From contig JBNKUM010000101.1 in the NCBI GenBank assembly GCA_050298595.1, forward strand, positions 1-64,000: 64,000 nucleotides of DNA, given 5' to 3'. A program made the position numbers and the translations under genes. The notes under the pieces are model-generated. The model saw only the letters and a program-made list of their open reading frames with translations. It made no database searches and was not told the origin of the DNA. Each line of letters begins with the position of its first letter. Position 1 is the first letter of the stretch. This document shows, one piece after another, positions 1 to 10,561 of this stretch. Origin of the DNA: Gammaproteobacteria bacterium (GTDB lineage Bacteria; Pseudomonadota; Gammaproteobacteria; GCA-001735895).

Positions 1-185
1 CTGCATATGGAGAGCAGGCTAAATCATTAGGGCTGAGTTTAATCTTGTTTGGTGTTTATGTGGCTCTGATTGTGCCTAAGCATATGTCGAGAAAAAATAT
101 TAGAAAATTTGTGGTTCTTTTTCAAAAGATTATAGTAATTATCGCTTTAATAATATTTTTTGGTAGTTTTGCTCTTACATCTTAA
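1..185 (+). CDS. 3' end of small hydrophobic (membrane) protein, probable integron gene cassette ORF (partial)
   Basis: Frame 3 is open from the window edge (AYGEQAKSLGLSLILFGVYVALIV...IIVIIALIIFFGSFALTS*) with two hydrophobic stretches; AT-rich; followed by an attC site. Confidence 0.55.
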   Translation, partial: AYGEQAKSLGLSLILFGVYVALIVPKHMSRKNIRKFVVLFQKIIVIIALIIFFGSFALTS

Positions 186-265
186 AATGTTAGTGATAAA
201 TTAATTTCGTTATTTGGCATCCTAAATATTAGTGTAGGTAGAATGAGTTTTATATACAAAGAGAA

Positions 266-353
266 TTCTAACAAGCACTTTAAAACGGAGCCGCGGCACC
301 AAGGTGCCGCTCCATCAACACTGTGGCGCGGTCCGTTTAAGTGAGCGTTAGAC
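266..353 (+). mobile_element. Integron attC recombination site (88 bp)
   Basis: Inverse core TTCTAAC (266-272) and core GTTAGAC (347-353, GTTRRRY). Inner arms CACTTTAAAACGGA / TCCGTTTAAGTG pair with extra unpaired bases; GC-rich central hairpin GCGGCACC-AA-GGTGCCGC. Confidence 0.8.
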
Positions 354-729
354 GGATAGTCCTATTTGAAGACGTTTCCGACAGAACAGCGGGCCATATT
401 TACGCCCGTGAGTGTTGTTTTATTAGTTAAAGGGGACGGAGGGATTAAAATTTGACCAGATACAGCAATATTCAATATGTGGGTGCATATTTGTTTTCTA
501 AAAGTTAATGTCCAGCTTCAGGTTAATGGCTTTCCAACCTTGTTAGCAGAAGTCAATGATGAGTGGGAACGGTTACCACATAGCCCGTATTCTAAACAGC
601 CTGAGGAGTGAAAAAGTTTTTTAAAGTCGCTTCTCTAATTTAGGCGTAATAATATGATTTTTGTTATCTTTTGAGGCTGTAAAAGCGTCTATAATCCCAT
701 TTCTTAAATTTTACTTATGGACAGTTAAC

Positions 730-1128
730 ATGACGAACTATGCATTTTCGACCCAACTTCAACAACCGATCGACGAAGCGATTGAAACCCTTAAAGCGAC
801 CCTGATGAACCATCATCTGGGGATTGTTAGCGATGTTAATGTTGCAGGTATTGTTAAAAATAAACTGGATCAGGACATGACCGCTTACCGCATACTGGGC
901 GCCTGTAACCCTAAGATGGCAAAAACTATGATTGATGCAGTACCCCAGGCTGGCGCTTTATTACCCTGCACAATCGTCGCCAGAGAAGAGGGTGCAAGTA
1001 CGGTGTTTGATTTTATGGATCCTGTTACTGTGTTAGCGCTGGCTGATAATGAAGTCATGAACCAGGTTGCTGCCGAAGCGAAAGAAAAGTTACAGTCTGT
1101 CATCAGCGATCTGGAAAAAATAAGCTGA
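730..1128 (+). CDS. DUF302 domain protein
   Basis: Motifs YRILGACNP and GALLPC; ATG at 730 preferred over TTG at 661. Confidence 0.85.
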   Translation: MTNYAFSTQLQQPIDEAIETLKATLMNHHLGIVSDVNVAGIVKNKLDQDMTAYRILGACNPKMAKTMIDAVPQAGALLPCTIVAREEGASTVFDFMDPVTVLALADNEVMNQVAAEAKEKLQSVISDLEKIS

Positions 1129-1148
1129 AACAACACGACTTCACAGCC

Positions 1149-1186
1149 AGCACAAACCCTGTTTAATTACTGAGAGGGTTTGTGCT
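1149..1186 (+). terminator. Stem-loop after DUF302 gene, probable terminator
   Basis: AGCACAAACCCT...AGGGTTTGTGCT 12-bp inverted repeat; weak U tract. Confidence 0.5.
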
Positions 1187-1387
1187 ATAGCAAGAAATCA
1201 GGGGGGGGGGATATTTATGCACAAGTTTTTTCCGCAAGTGTGGCATCTAATACCCATGAGCTTCGAATGTCAGCCTCCTGTTTTATATGCAGTTGAGCAC
1301 AGTGTTTATGACCATTTGGCTGCCAGTATCTAAAGCAGACACATCATCCATCGGTAGTGGTAACATGACTGAGAATTTACTGGGCCC

Positions 1388-4249
1388 TTGATGATGAATA
1401 AACAAAGCTCTGATGCCACTGCTGATGACATTACCGAAAAACTGCTGAATCAGGTTCAGCAGATGGCTATCAAGCTGCAGCCACGTCTGACAGCTGCACA
1501 GCGTATCTCGCTGGATAGTCGGCTAGACCAGGATCTGGGTTTTGATAGCCTGGGCCGGGTTGAACTTATTTCTCAACTGGAAAAAACTTTTCAGGTTCAT
1601 CTTTCTGAACAAGTCTTTAGCGCTGCAGAAACTCCCCGTGACCTGTTGCGCGCCTTACTTACGGCACAACATGCGAGCCCTGAGCAACTGCAACGAGTCG
1701 AGCTGCAACAAAGCGATATTAGCGAATCACCGGAACAGGTCCAGACCCTGCTTGAGATGCTTGACTGGCATGTCGCACGCCATCCAGATTATCCACACAT
1801 CCGTCTGCTTCAGGATGATGCAGAAGATGAAATCATCAGCTATGCTGACCTGCAACATCATGCTCAACAGGTCGCGACCAGCCTGCAACATCAGGGTTTG
1901 ATGCAGGGCGATACGGTGGCGTTGATGCTGCCAACCGGAGCCGATTATTTTTTTAGTTTTTTTGCAGTACTTTACGCCGGTGGCATCCCGGTTCCTATCT
2001 ATCCACCGGCTCGTCCTTCTCAGCTTGAAGACCATATGCGCCGTCAGGCGAGTATTCTGGATAACGCGGGTTGTCGTTTTCTGATCACCGTGACAGAGGC
2101 CAGATCGCTAGCCGGAATGCTGAAAGCGCAGGTGGATTCATTACAGGCAGTATTAACGCTGGATGTGCTGCTCAAACCCAGTGGTGCCTATAGCCGACCA
2201 ACGATCAAAGCCACCGATACCGCTTTTATCCAGTACACCTCAGGCAGTACCGGTAATCCGAAGGGCGTCGTGCTTAGCCATGCAAATCTATTGACCAATA
2301 TCCGGGTTGATGGTCATTCTATCGAAGCAACCAGTGATGATGTATTTATCAGCTGGTTGCCGCTTTATCACGATATGGGACTGATCGGTGCATGGCTGGG
2401 TAGCCTGTATTTTGCTGCTCAACTGGTGATCATGTCTCCTCTGACTTTTCTCGCACGTCCGGCGCGCTGGTTACATGCGTTGCATCGTTATGGTGGCACG
2501 CTTTCGGCAGCGCCCAATTTTGCTTATGAACTCTGTATTAATCGCATCAAGGATGATGAACTTGAAGGTCTGGATCTGTCGCGCTGGCGCATTGCCATGA
2601 ATGGTGCCGAAGCGGTCAGCCCTGAAACCATCAGGCGCTTTACAGAACGTTTTGCCCCCTTTGGGTTTAGGCCTGAGACCATGTTTCCGGTGTATGGCCT
2701 GGCTGAATGTACTGTGGGGCTGAGTTTTCCTGCACTGCACGAGAAACCCCGAATTGATCATGTCAGGCGCGACGAATTTTCTTTAACTGGTCGCGCCATA
2801 GTAGCCGACGAGGATGATGAGCATGCACTTTGTTTTGTCGGCTGCGGCCATGCCCTTGCTGGTCATCAAATGCGTATCGTCGATACCTCATCACAGGAAT
2901 TGCCAGAAAGGCTGCAGGGCCATCTGCAATTTCGTGGGCCATCAACAACCTCTGGTTATTACCACAATATGCAAGCCACGGAACAGCTGTTTGATGGAGA
3001 CTGGGCCAGATCTGGAGATCTGGCTTATGTGGCGGAAGGCGAGTTGTTTATTACCGGGCGCATCAAGGATGTGATTATACGTGCTGGGCGCAATATCTAC
3101 CCGCATGAACTGGAGCAGGCGGTGGGTGAAATAGAAGGTATGCGCAAGGGGCGGGTGGCCGTATTTGCCACAGTCGATGAGCAGTTGAAGACCGAGCAAC
3201 TGGTGGTGCTGGCAGAGACGCGCGAGACCGATACCCTGGCGCGTCAGGCTTTGCAGCAACGTATCAATGAATTAACCAGTGAACTCACCGGAGTGGTAGC
3301 CGATGATATCGTGCTTGCAGCGCCTGGCAGTGTGCTAAAAACCTCCAGTGGCAAGATCCGTCGGGCAGCCTGTCGCGAACTGTACGAGCAGGGGCGTATT
3401 GGTGAATCTGCGCATTCAGTATGGCTGCAGCTTGCGCGACTTTATCTGGCGGCATTACCCAAACAGTTACATAGCCTGATGTTTCGAATAAAGGATATGG
3501 CCTATGCCGTTTATGCTCAGATGGTGTTCCGTGTGCTGGCATTCTGGCTGGCACTAGGCGTGTTGCTGATACCGGTATCACGCATTCGTTGGGGACTATT
3601 AAGGCCTGTCTCCAGACTGTTTGCCTGGTTGACCGCGACCCGATTGCAGGTGGTCGGTAAAGACAATCTACTACCTGAAGGGCAGAACTGTATTTATGTG
3701 GTCAACCATTCGAGTTATCTTGACTCTTACGCGATCAGTGCTGCATTGCCGAGACAGTTTCGTTTTGTTGCCAAGGCTGAGTTGTCTCGTGACTGGCTAC
3801 CGCGCACTTTTCTCGCTGCAATCGGAACTCTGTTTGTAGAACGCTTTGATCGAGCGGCTGGGGTTGAGGCAGTAAATACTATTCAACAGGCCGCCTTAGC
3901 CGGCAACTCCCTGCTGTTTTTTCCTGAGGGTACCTTCAGTTATGCCCCTGGCCTGCGCCCATTCCATATGGGGGCATTCCTTGCCTCGGTCAACAGTGGA
4001 TTACCGGTGGTGCCGGTAGCTATCCGAGGTACCCGATTAATCCTGCCGGGGGATAGCTGGTTTGCCCATCGTGGTGAAATCTGTGTGACCATAGGCGCAG
4101 CAATAGATCCTGAGCTATTGCGTGCTGAGGGTGAAAGTGACTGGGAACTCGCGCTTAAAATCAAGGAGTTGGCACGTGATGAAATCTTACGCCATTGTGG
4201 CGAAGCAGATATGGGGCATGAACAGGTGTTTCCTCCGGCTAAGACCTGA
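1388..4249 (+). CDS. Acyl-carrier domain + fatty acyl-AMP ligase + PlsC-type acyltransferase fusion
   Basis: N-terminal LGFDSL phosphopantetheine site; YTSGSTGNPKG, SWLPLYHDMGLIG, YGLAE and KTSSGK adenylation motifs; C-terminal NHSSYLD and FFPEGT acyltransferase motifs. Confidence 0.9.
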   Translation: MMMNKQSSDATADDITEKLLNQVQQMAIKLQPRLTAAQRISLDSRLDQDLGFDSLGRVELISQLEKTFQVHLSEQVFSAAETPRDLLRALLTAQHASPEQLQRVELQQSDISESPEQVQTLLEMLDWHVARHPDYPHIRLLQDDAEDEIISYADLQHHAQQVATSLQHQGLMQGDTVALMLPTGADYFFSFFAVLYAGGIPVPIYPPARPSQLEDHMRRQASILDNAGCRFLITVTEARSLAGMLKAQVDSLQAVLTLDVLLKPSGAYSRPTIKATDTAFIQYTSGSTGNPKGVVLSHANLLTNIRVDGHSIEATSDDVFISWLPLYHDMGLIGAWLGSLYFAAQLVIMSPLTFLARPARWLHALHRYGGTLSAAPNFAYELCINRIKDDELEGLDLSRWRIAMNGAEAVSPETIRRFTERFAPFGFRPETMFPVYGLAECTVGLSFPALHEKPRIDHVRRDEFSLTGRAIVADEDDEHALCFVGCGHALAGHQMRIVDTSSQELPERLQGHLQFRGPSTTSGYYHNMQATEQLFDGDWARSGDLAYVAEGELFITGRIKDVIIRAGRNIYPHELEQAVGEIEGMRKGRVAVFATVDEQLKTEQLVVLAETRETDTLARQALQQRINELTSELTGVVADDIVLAAPGSVLKTSSGKIRRAACRELYEQGRIGESAHSVWLQLARLYLAALPKQLHSLMFRIKDMAYAVYAQMVFRVLAFWLALGVLLIPVSRIRWGLLRPVSRLFAWLTATRLQVVGKDNLLPEGQNCIYVVNHSSYLDSYAISAALPRQFRFVAKAELSRDWLPRTFLAAIGTLFVERFDRAAGVEAVNTIQQAALAGNSLLFFPEGTFSYAPGLRPFHMGAFLASVNSGLPVVPVAIRGTRLILPGDSWFAHRGEICVTIGAAIDPELLRAEGESDWELALKIKELARDEILRHCGEADMGHEQVFPPAKT

Positions 4250-4258
4250 GCAAAAATA

Positions 4259-4888
4259 TCAGGTCAAATAGGGATTAGTAGTTCTCTCTATACCTACGCT
4301 CGTCATGGGGCCATGACCACTTATTAGCTGAACTTCATCAGGCAGGGTTAAAATCTGTAGATTGATCGAATCGATCAAGGTCTGGTGATCGCCCCTTGGG
4401 AAGTCAGTGCGGCCGATGGAGCCCTTAAAGATCACATCGCCAACTATCGCAAGCTGGTTTGCAGGATGATAGAAGATGACATGACCCGGTGTATGACCGG
4501 GGCAGTGGCGTACCTGCAGGGTTTCTTCACCGATATTCACCGTATCATCCTGTGTCAGCCAGCGATCTGGTTTGAATTGTTCTGCGGGTGGAAACCCAAA
4601 CATCTTAGCCTGTTCAGGCAGGCCATCAATCCAGAACTGATCTTCCGGTTGCGGCCCTTCGATAGATAGCTTTTGTTCTCGTGCCAGTTGACCGGCAGCT
4701 CCGGCATGATCGATATGTGCATGGGTGATGAGGATTTTTTCCAGAGTCAGGCCCTGTTTTTCTATTTCAAACAGAATGCGCTCGATATCACCACCGGGGT
4801 CAACCACAGCGGCTTTGCCGGTTTTTTCGCAGGATACTAAGGTACAGTTTTGCTGGAAATTGGTTACTGGAATGATGGTGAATTTCAT
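4259..4888 (-). CDS. gloC: MBL-fold metallohydrolase (GloC/YcbL-like glyoxalase II)
   Basis: THAHIDH, PGHTPGH, GSIGRTD and SGHG motifs. Confidence 0.8.
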   Translation of the reverse strand: MKFTIIPVTNFQQNCTLVSCEKTGKAAVVDPGGDIERILFEIEKQGLTLEKILITHAHIDHAGAAGQLAREQKLSIEGPQPEDQFWIDGLPEQAKMFGFPPAEQFKPDRWLTQDDTVNIGEETLQVRHCPGHTPGHVIFYHPANQLAIVGDVIFKGSIGRTDFPRGDHQTLIDSINLQILTLPDEVQLISGHGPMTSVGIERTTNPYLT

Positions 4889-5167
4889 GCAGATGGTTTC
4901 CTAAAGCTAAAAGAAATAAATCGGCGCATATGCTACTAATCATTCCAAAATGTATCCACCGCTTTAGCTAACTGTATAGGTATGTGACTGTTGTTAGCGG
5001 AAGTGGGATAACATTTCGTATCGAAAAAGCAGGCTTAAATTGAGCTTAGATATACTTACCCATAGATTTTCCTGAATTCAAATCTGGTTGGGCTAACATT
5101 AAGCTAGCTGCTGAATTATTTTGCGGGGCATTACGGAAATTAAATTCATTTAACAGGGGATCAGAAA

Positions 5168-6484
5168 ATGTCTATTCAAGCTGCAATGAATCGATGGTGG
5201 GTCGTATTTGGCGCTGTACTTATTCAACTATGTCTGGGAGCAATATATGCCTGGTCGGTTTTTACTCCGGCATTAAAGGCGGCAGGCTGGAGTAAACTGG
5301 ATACTCAGATCGTTTTTGCTGTTGGACTGCTCAGTTTTGCTGTGGTTATGGTATTTGCCGGACGCAAATTAAAGCAGTGGGGACCTAACAAACTTGCTGT
5401 TATCAGTGGACTAACCTTAGGTGCCGGTTACATATTGGCAGGTCTCGGAGGAAGTACAGATTTCTGGGCAGTCTGTATAGGTATAGGTCTGATAGGCGGA
5501 GCCGGAATCGGTCTGGGTTATGTGGTTCCCATCGCTGTCGGTATGCGCTGGTTCCCCGACCATAAGGGAATGATCACAGGGCTTGCGGTAGCTGGTTTTG
5601 GTTTCGGTGCGATGGGCTGGGTGAAACTGGCGGGAAACTGGGGTGAGTTGATATCAACATTTGGTCTATCGCAGACATTCATAAGTTATGGCATCTGTTT
5701 TGCTGCTTTTATCCTTATCGGGAGTATCTGGATGAAAATGCCACCCTCGGGCTGGATGCCTGAAGGTTTCGAAATGCCTCAGCAAAAAGCCGGTTCTGGT
5801 GGAGAGGATTTCACTCCACTCGAGGTACTATTAACGCCTCAGTTTCATCTTATTTTTCTGACTTTTGCCGTAAGTGCAGGGGCTGGCCTTATGTCTATTG
5901 GCCTGATGAAGCTCTATCCAATGGAAGCGCTACAACTGAGTGGCTATAGCAGCATTGAAGCCAGTGCCATTGCCGGGACGGCGATGGCGGTATTCTTCAG
6001 TCTTGCCAATGGTATAGGTCGTATTGTGTGGGGGACTCTAAGCGATAAGCTGGGACGCAAAAAGGCTGTTGTCTATATGGCCGGAAGTCAGGGTTTGATC
6101 CTGCTAGCCTTTACTTCGATGGCTGGTAATGAATACCTGCTATATCTGGGTGCAACACTAATTGGGTTCAATTTTGGCGGTAACTTCGCTTTGTTTCCGG
6201 CACTTACTGCCGACGAGTTTGGTAATGGCACCGTGGGGCAAAATTACCCCTTTGTATTTCTATCCTATGGAGTTGGTGGGGTCATCTTTCCTGTTCTGGG
6301 TGGGGTATTAGGTGATCTGGGCAATTTTCCGTTGGCGTTTTCCATTTGTGGCGTGGCTTGTCTGATTGGTGCTGTGGCATCTGCGCTGGTCTTTCCACCC
6401 CATCATAATGAAGCGATACATCACTTTAGCGTGCACGGTTTTCTGCACCAGGGGCATTTTTTTGAAGATGAGCAGAAAGAATAA
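5168..6484 (+). CDS. MFS transporter, oxalate/formate antiporter (OFA) family
   Basis: About 12 TM segments; IQLCLGAIYAWSVF, RWFPDHKG and GRIVWGTLSDKLGR motifs. Confidence 0.85.
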   Translation: MSIQAAMNRWWVVFGAVLIQLCLGAIYAWSVFTPALKAAGWSKLDTQIVFAVGLLSFAVVMVFAGRKLKQWGPNKLAVISGLTLGAGYILAGLGGSTDFWAVCIGIGLIGGAGIGLGYVVPIAVGMRWFPDHKGMITGLAVAGFGFGAMGWVKLAGNWGELISTFGLSQTFISYGICFAAFILIGSIWMKMPPSGWMPEGFEMPQQKAGSGGEDFTPLEVLLTPQFHLIFLTFAVSAGAGLMSIGLMKLYPMEALQLSGYSSIEASAIAGTAMAVFFSLANGIGRIVWGTLSDKLGRKKAVVYMAGSQGLILLAFTSMAGNEYLLYLGATLIGFNFGGNFALFPALTADEFGNGTVGQNYPFVFLSYGVGGVIFPVLGGVLGDLGNFPLAFSICGVACLIGAVASALVFPPHHNEAIHHFSVHGFLHQGHFFEDEQKE

Positions 6485-6518
6485 TTAAGGAAATAGCTTT
6501 TTCGTAAAGCTACTTAAA

Positions 6519-7379
6519 CTATTCTTTTTCCTGGCGCTGGGTAACGAGCAGGTTAATTAATGCTAGCACCGAGGTAGATACAATTAGCATAAAAGCTATC
6601 GCGTTGATGAGTGGTGAACTACCATCTCTGACCTGTAGATAAAGGGATACCGGTAGCGTTGTGTCAGATCCTATCAAAAACAGGGTGGTATTAAAGTTTT
6701 CAAAGCTCATTAAAAAAGCCACAGATCCAGAACCAATTAACGCAGGTTTGAGAAAAGGCAATGTAATCAGTCGGATCACTTCGGGGCGAGTTGCCCCCAG
6801 ATTAAGTGCGGCTTCTTCAAGACTGATGTCAAATTTTTTAAGTCGTGCTGAAACCACCAGCATGACAAAAGTGGAGATAAATGACATCTGACCTAATACC
6901 ACCAGCCAGAAGCTGGGTCGTAAAATTTCTACGTCGATTCCCCAGTTATCTTCAAAGTATAAGCCGGCTGTATTGCTGGCTAGCAATAGTGAAATACCCA
7001 GAATGACACCAGGGATTACCAAAGGGGTCAGGGACAGAAAGTACAATCCCTGCTTGAAAGGGAAGCGTTCCTGTTCAAATAAAAACGCTGCCATGGTGCC
7101 CAGAATTAAGGACAAGGTTGAAACTGCGAGAGCAGTCTGCAGACTGATCCAGATGGCATTTAGATTACGTTCATCGTGGAACACGCCAGTACGGTGGTCT
7201 AGATCAGCGATGAACCAGTCCAGAGTAAATCCCTGCCAGGGCAGGCCAGGAAAATTTGAATCATTAAACGCCAGCACGCAGGTTACCAGTAGCGGTGAAA
7301 ACAGGAAGGTGTAAAACAGAAAAATATATAGCGCATAGCTATAGCGATAGGTTTTGCCAGTAGGTAAGGTACGAATCAA
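6519..7379 (-). CDS. Polyamine-type ABC transporter permease (PotC-like)
   Basis: EAA motif LEEAALNLGA; last gene of the ABC operon. Confidence 0.85.
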   Translation of the reverse strand: MIRTLPTGKTYRYSYALYIFLFYTFLFSPLLVTCVLAFNDSNFPGLPWQGFTLDWFIADLDHRTGVFHDERNLNAIWISLQTALAVSTLSLILGTMAAFLFEQERFPFKQGLYFLSLTPLVIPGVILGISLLLASNTAGLYFEDNWGIDVEILRPSFWLVVLGQMSFISTFVMLVVSARLKKFDISLEEAALNLGATRPEVIRLITLPFLKPALIGSGSVAFLMSFENFNTTLFLIGSDTTLPVSLYLQVRDGSSPLINAIAFMLIVSTSVLALINLLVTQRQEKE

Positions 7380-8233
7380 TTGAGTGCCCTCGACAAATCC
7401 TGACCTGTCAGTTTCAACCCGGCCCAGATAATCAGCGTTGATAATAGCAGCAGTAGAAATCCAAATGCAGCACCCTGATTCCAGTTAAAGCTGGCAATAA
7501 ATTCGTTATAAATCTGCTCGGTAAACCACAATGAGTTTTTACCGCCCATCAGGTTAGGGGTTAGATAATTACCCAGAGTGAGCATGAAAACCACGATGGA
7601 GCCCGAAGTGATACCCGGCATGGAATAGGGAATAATGATTTTAAAGAATATCACCGGCTTACTTGCCCCCAGGTCATAGGCGGCTTCGATGAGGCTGTCA
7701 TCCAGCCCTTGCAGCGATGAAATCAGCGGCACGACCATGAATAGCATGGAGGTATATACTAGTCCCATTACCATGCTGATGTCGTTGTAAAGCATTTCGA
7801 CAGGTACATCGATGATGCCGAGTTGTAACAGGAAATGATTAAATACACCGGTCTCGCGCAGCAGTATCATCCAGCCATAGATACGTACCAGTTCGCTGAC
7901 CCAGAATGGTACCAGTAACAGGATGGTAAAAAATACGCTGTACCGGAGAGACAATACCTTGGTGATATAAAAAGCTACCGGAAAGGTGATGATGAAGGTG
8001 AGTACTGTGGTCAAAATCGCATAGATGGCGGTACGTACAAATGTCATCCAGTATATTTTTTCTTCAAAAAACGCCCGATAATTGACCAATGACCACACAG
8101 TGCTTCCATCATCACCATCGGTCTGTAGCGAGATGAGAAAAAGGTCGATGTGCGGGATGACAATTAATAGCAGCAGCCACAGCAGTACCGGTACCAGAAA
8201 AAAATAAAGGGTTAATCTTCCAGCGTAGGGCAT
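7376..8233 (-). CDS. Polyamine-type ABC transporter permease (PotB-like)
   Basis: PFWVSELVRIYGW and LIEAAYDLGA motifs. Confidence 0.85.
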   Translation of the reverse strand: MPYAGRLTLYFFLVPVLLWLLLLIVIPHIDLFLISLQTDGDDGSTVWSLVNYRAFFEEKIYWMTFVRTAIYAILTTVLTFIITFPVAFYITKVLSLRYSVFFTILLLVPFWVSELVRIYGWMILLRETGVFNHFLLQLGIIDVPVEMLYNDISMVMGLVYTSMLFMVVPLISSLQGLDDSLIEAAYDLGASKPVIFFKIIIPYSMPGITSGSIVVFMLTLGNYLTPNLMGGKNSLWFTEQIYNEFIASFNWNQGAAFGFLLLLLSTLIIWAGLKLTGQDLSRALN

Positions 8234-8246
8234 GATGAGTTAACCA

Positions 8247-9314
8247 CTAATAGCAGGTGCAGGCATCATAAAATACGCCCACATCCAGTCGGTCACCTGC
8301 TCGGATATGATCGAAACGTTTATCCTGGGGCAGGGCGGCCATGATTTCATGGGGTGTATTGTCTATTGATGCCAGTAGTTTGGTGTTGGCACCATCAAAC
8401 AGTACGTTTTTAACCAGCACTGAAAAACGGTTAATCTGTTCGCTGGTTTCCGGGTTAATCACTATGGATTCAGGTCGGATATAGAGTTGACAATCGGTTC
8501 CCTCAGCCAGATCTGTCATGGCTCTCGCATTCAACTCAAGATTATCATCTATCCTGACCTTGAAAGGTTCACTGCCTGAAACGCGTGCATCGAAGGCATT
8601 ATTCTCACCGATGAAACTGGCAACAAATCCGCTATTGGGGTGTGTGTACAGATTTCTGGGGGTATCTATCTGCTCAAAGGATCCTTTGTTCATTACCGCT
8701 ACCTGATCACTCATGACCAGTGCTTCGGATTGGTCATGTGTGATATAGACAAAGGTTGTGCCGACTTCCTGTTGCAGCTTTTTTAGTTCGATTTTCATCT
8801 GCTCACGCAGCTTTAAATCGAGCGCCCCTAAGGGTTCATCCAGCAACAGAATGGATGGGTCGAGTACCAGAGCTCGCGCAATAGCAACGCGCTGTCTCTG
8901 GCCGCCAGACAATTGGCTGATTTTCTTATCAGCCTGTTCTGGTAAACCCACTCGCTCCAGCATTGAGATGACCTTACGGTTGATTTCAGCCGAAGGCATC
9001 TTGCGACGCCTCAGGCCGAAAGCGATATTCTCTTTCACATCCATCATCGGAAATAACGACAGGTGCTGAAAGATCAGGTTAACCGGTCTCAGGTTGGGCG
9101 GAATCCCTAATACGGACTTATCCCGAATCCGGATATCACCATCACTGGGTTCGAGAAAGCCTGAAATCATTCTGAGCAGAGTGGTTTTACCACAGCCAGA
9201 CGGCCCCAGAATAGAAAAGAAGCTACCCTGTTCAACTTTGAACGAGACTTTATCTACCGCACGAAAACCGCTAAAGTCCCTGATCAGCTTATCAACCTCA
9301 AGATCATAATTCAT
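8247..9314 (-). CDS. Polyamine-type ABC transporter ATP-binding subunit (PotA-like)
   Basis: GPSGCGKT, LSGGQRQR, LLLDEPLGALD; C-terminal TOBE-like region. Confidence 0.9.
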   Translation of the reverse strand: MNYDLEVDKLIRDFSGFRAVDKVSFKVEQGSFFSILGPSGCGKTTLLRMISGFLEPSDGDIRIRDKSVLGIPPNLRPVNLIFQHLSLFPMMDVKENIAFGLRRRKMPSAEINRKVISMLERVGLPEQADKKISQLSGGQRQRVAIARALVLDPSILLLDEPLGALDLKLREQMKIELKKLQQEVGTTFVYITHDQSEALVMSDQVAVMNKGSFEQIDTPRNLYTHPNSGFVASFIGENNAFDARVSGSEPFKVRIDDNLELNARAMTDLAEGTDCQLYIRPESIVINPETSEQINRFSVLVKNVLFDGANTKLLASIDNTPHEIMAALPQDKRFDHIRAGDRLDVGVFYDACTCY

Positions 9315-9352
9315 AATAAAACCTTTAGTTACTACTGGCCGGGACTGTATGC

Positions 9353-10411
9353 CTAATTTGCAGCTTTCACTTTATCCAGAATCTTGCCTTCGATAGATTC
9401 CAGTTTTGCTGGTACAGGTGGATACCACTTGATGTTATCGATATCAGCCGCTGTGAATGAGCGATCAAAATTAGCGCGAATTGCTGGCTCAAGGAACTCA
9501 CCTGCACCCTTAGATGCTGTGCCGTATTTTTCCTGATTGGTGAAGTAAGCAGCATTTTCAGGTTCTAGCATGAAGTTGATCCATTTATAGGCACCATCAA
9601 CATTTTTGGCTTTGGCAGGAATGGCAAAGGTATCGATCCAGCCCAGAGCACCACTCTTGGGTGCAACAAAGTCAATGTCAGGATTCTGCTCGTGAAGTTT
9701 CCAGCCTCCGTTATCCCAGGCCATGGCTACGTTGACTTCGCCATTACGCATCAGCTCAAGCAGCGCATCACCATTGGCCCAGTAGTTTTTCACCAGATGT
9801 TTGGCGGCTATCAGATCTTCTCCAATGCCATCCATCAGGTTCTGGTAAGCGGCTTCATTAGCATACTTGGCAAATGGATCGTCACCCTTGGCAAACGCCA
9901 TTGCGATCAGAGTAGGACGCTTTAAGCGGTAACTGATACGACCCTTGTAGCGAGTGTCCATGAGTGCATCGTAGTCTTTCGCATCAGGCGCTGCTTTTGT
10001 ATTAACAACCAGACCTGAGGTGCCGTAGCAGAATGGTACTGCGTATGAATCAGCGCCTACTTTGGTATTATTTTGCACAGCCTTTAGCATCGATGCGATG
10101 ATCTGGTCTGATTTTATTTTTGAATAATCCATCGGTTGATAGATCTTGTATTGCGCCTGTACTGACGAGATTCGATCTTGCGATGGTTGCGCCAGATCAA
10201 ATCCACTACCACGGGTAGCTCGCAGCTTGGCGATCATTTCTTCGTTGTTGGAGTATGTCAGCTCGACATTAATTCCAGTCTGTTGTTCAAACTTCTCTAC
10301 TAATGCTTTAGGGGCGTAGCCTTTCCAGGTCAGGATTTTAAGAGTCTCTGCGGATACGCTACTGGCTGTTAATGCCAGAACGGCAGCGGTGATGATTCCT
10401 GTGATTTTCAT
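9353..10411 (-). CDS. Polyamine-type ABC transporter substrate-binding protein (PotD/PotF-like)
   Basis: Signal peptide; TWKGY, SNNEEMIAKL and WIDTFAIP motifs. Confidence 0.85.
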   Translation of the reverse strand: MKITGIITAAVLALTASSVSAETLKILTWKGYAPKALVEKFEQQTGINVELTYSNNEEMIAKLRATRGSGFDLAQPSQDRISSVQAQYKIYQPMDYSKIKSDQIIASMLKAVQNNTKVGADSYAVPFCYGTSGLVVNTKAAPDAKDYDALMDTRYKGRISYRLKRPTLIAMAFAKGDDPFAKYANEAAYQNLMDGIGEDLIAAKHLVKNYWANGDALLELMRNGEVNVAMAWDNGGWKLHEQNPDIDFVAPKSGALGWIDTFAIPAKAKNVDGAYKWINFMLEPENAAYFTNQEKYGTASKGAGEFLEPAIRANFDRSFTAADIDNIKWYPPVPAKLESIEGKILDKVKAAN

Positions 10412-10561
10412 TTTTATCTCTCCTCATTGTTAAAAATTTGACACTATATATGCTCCAAGTGTCAAACATGTTACAGCGTGCTGAAATATTATGAAACCAG
10501 ATTCATTGGTTAAAAATTGTTAAGCTAGCTGTATTCAGAATTTTTTCGTGTCAACTTTATA

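Noticed and set aside
480-610. Possible DsbA-like C-terminal remnant (VNGFPTLL)
   Set aside because: Similarity limited to a few residues; cannot be supported without a search.
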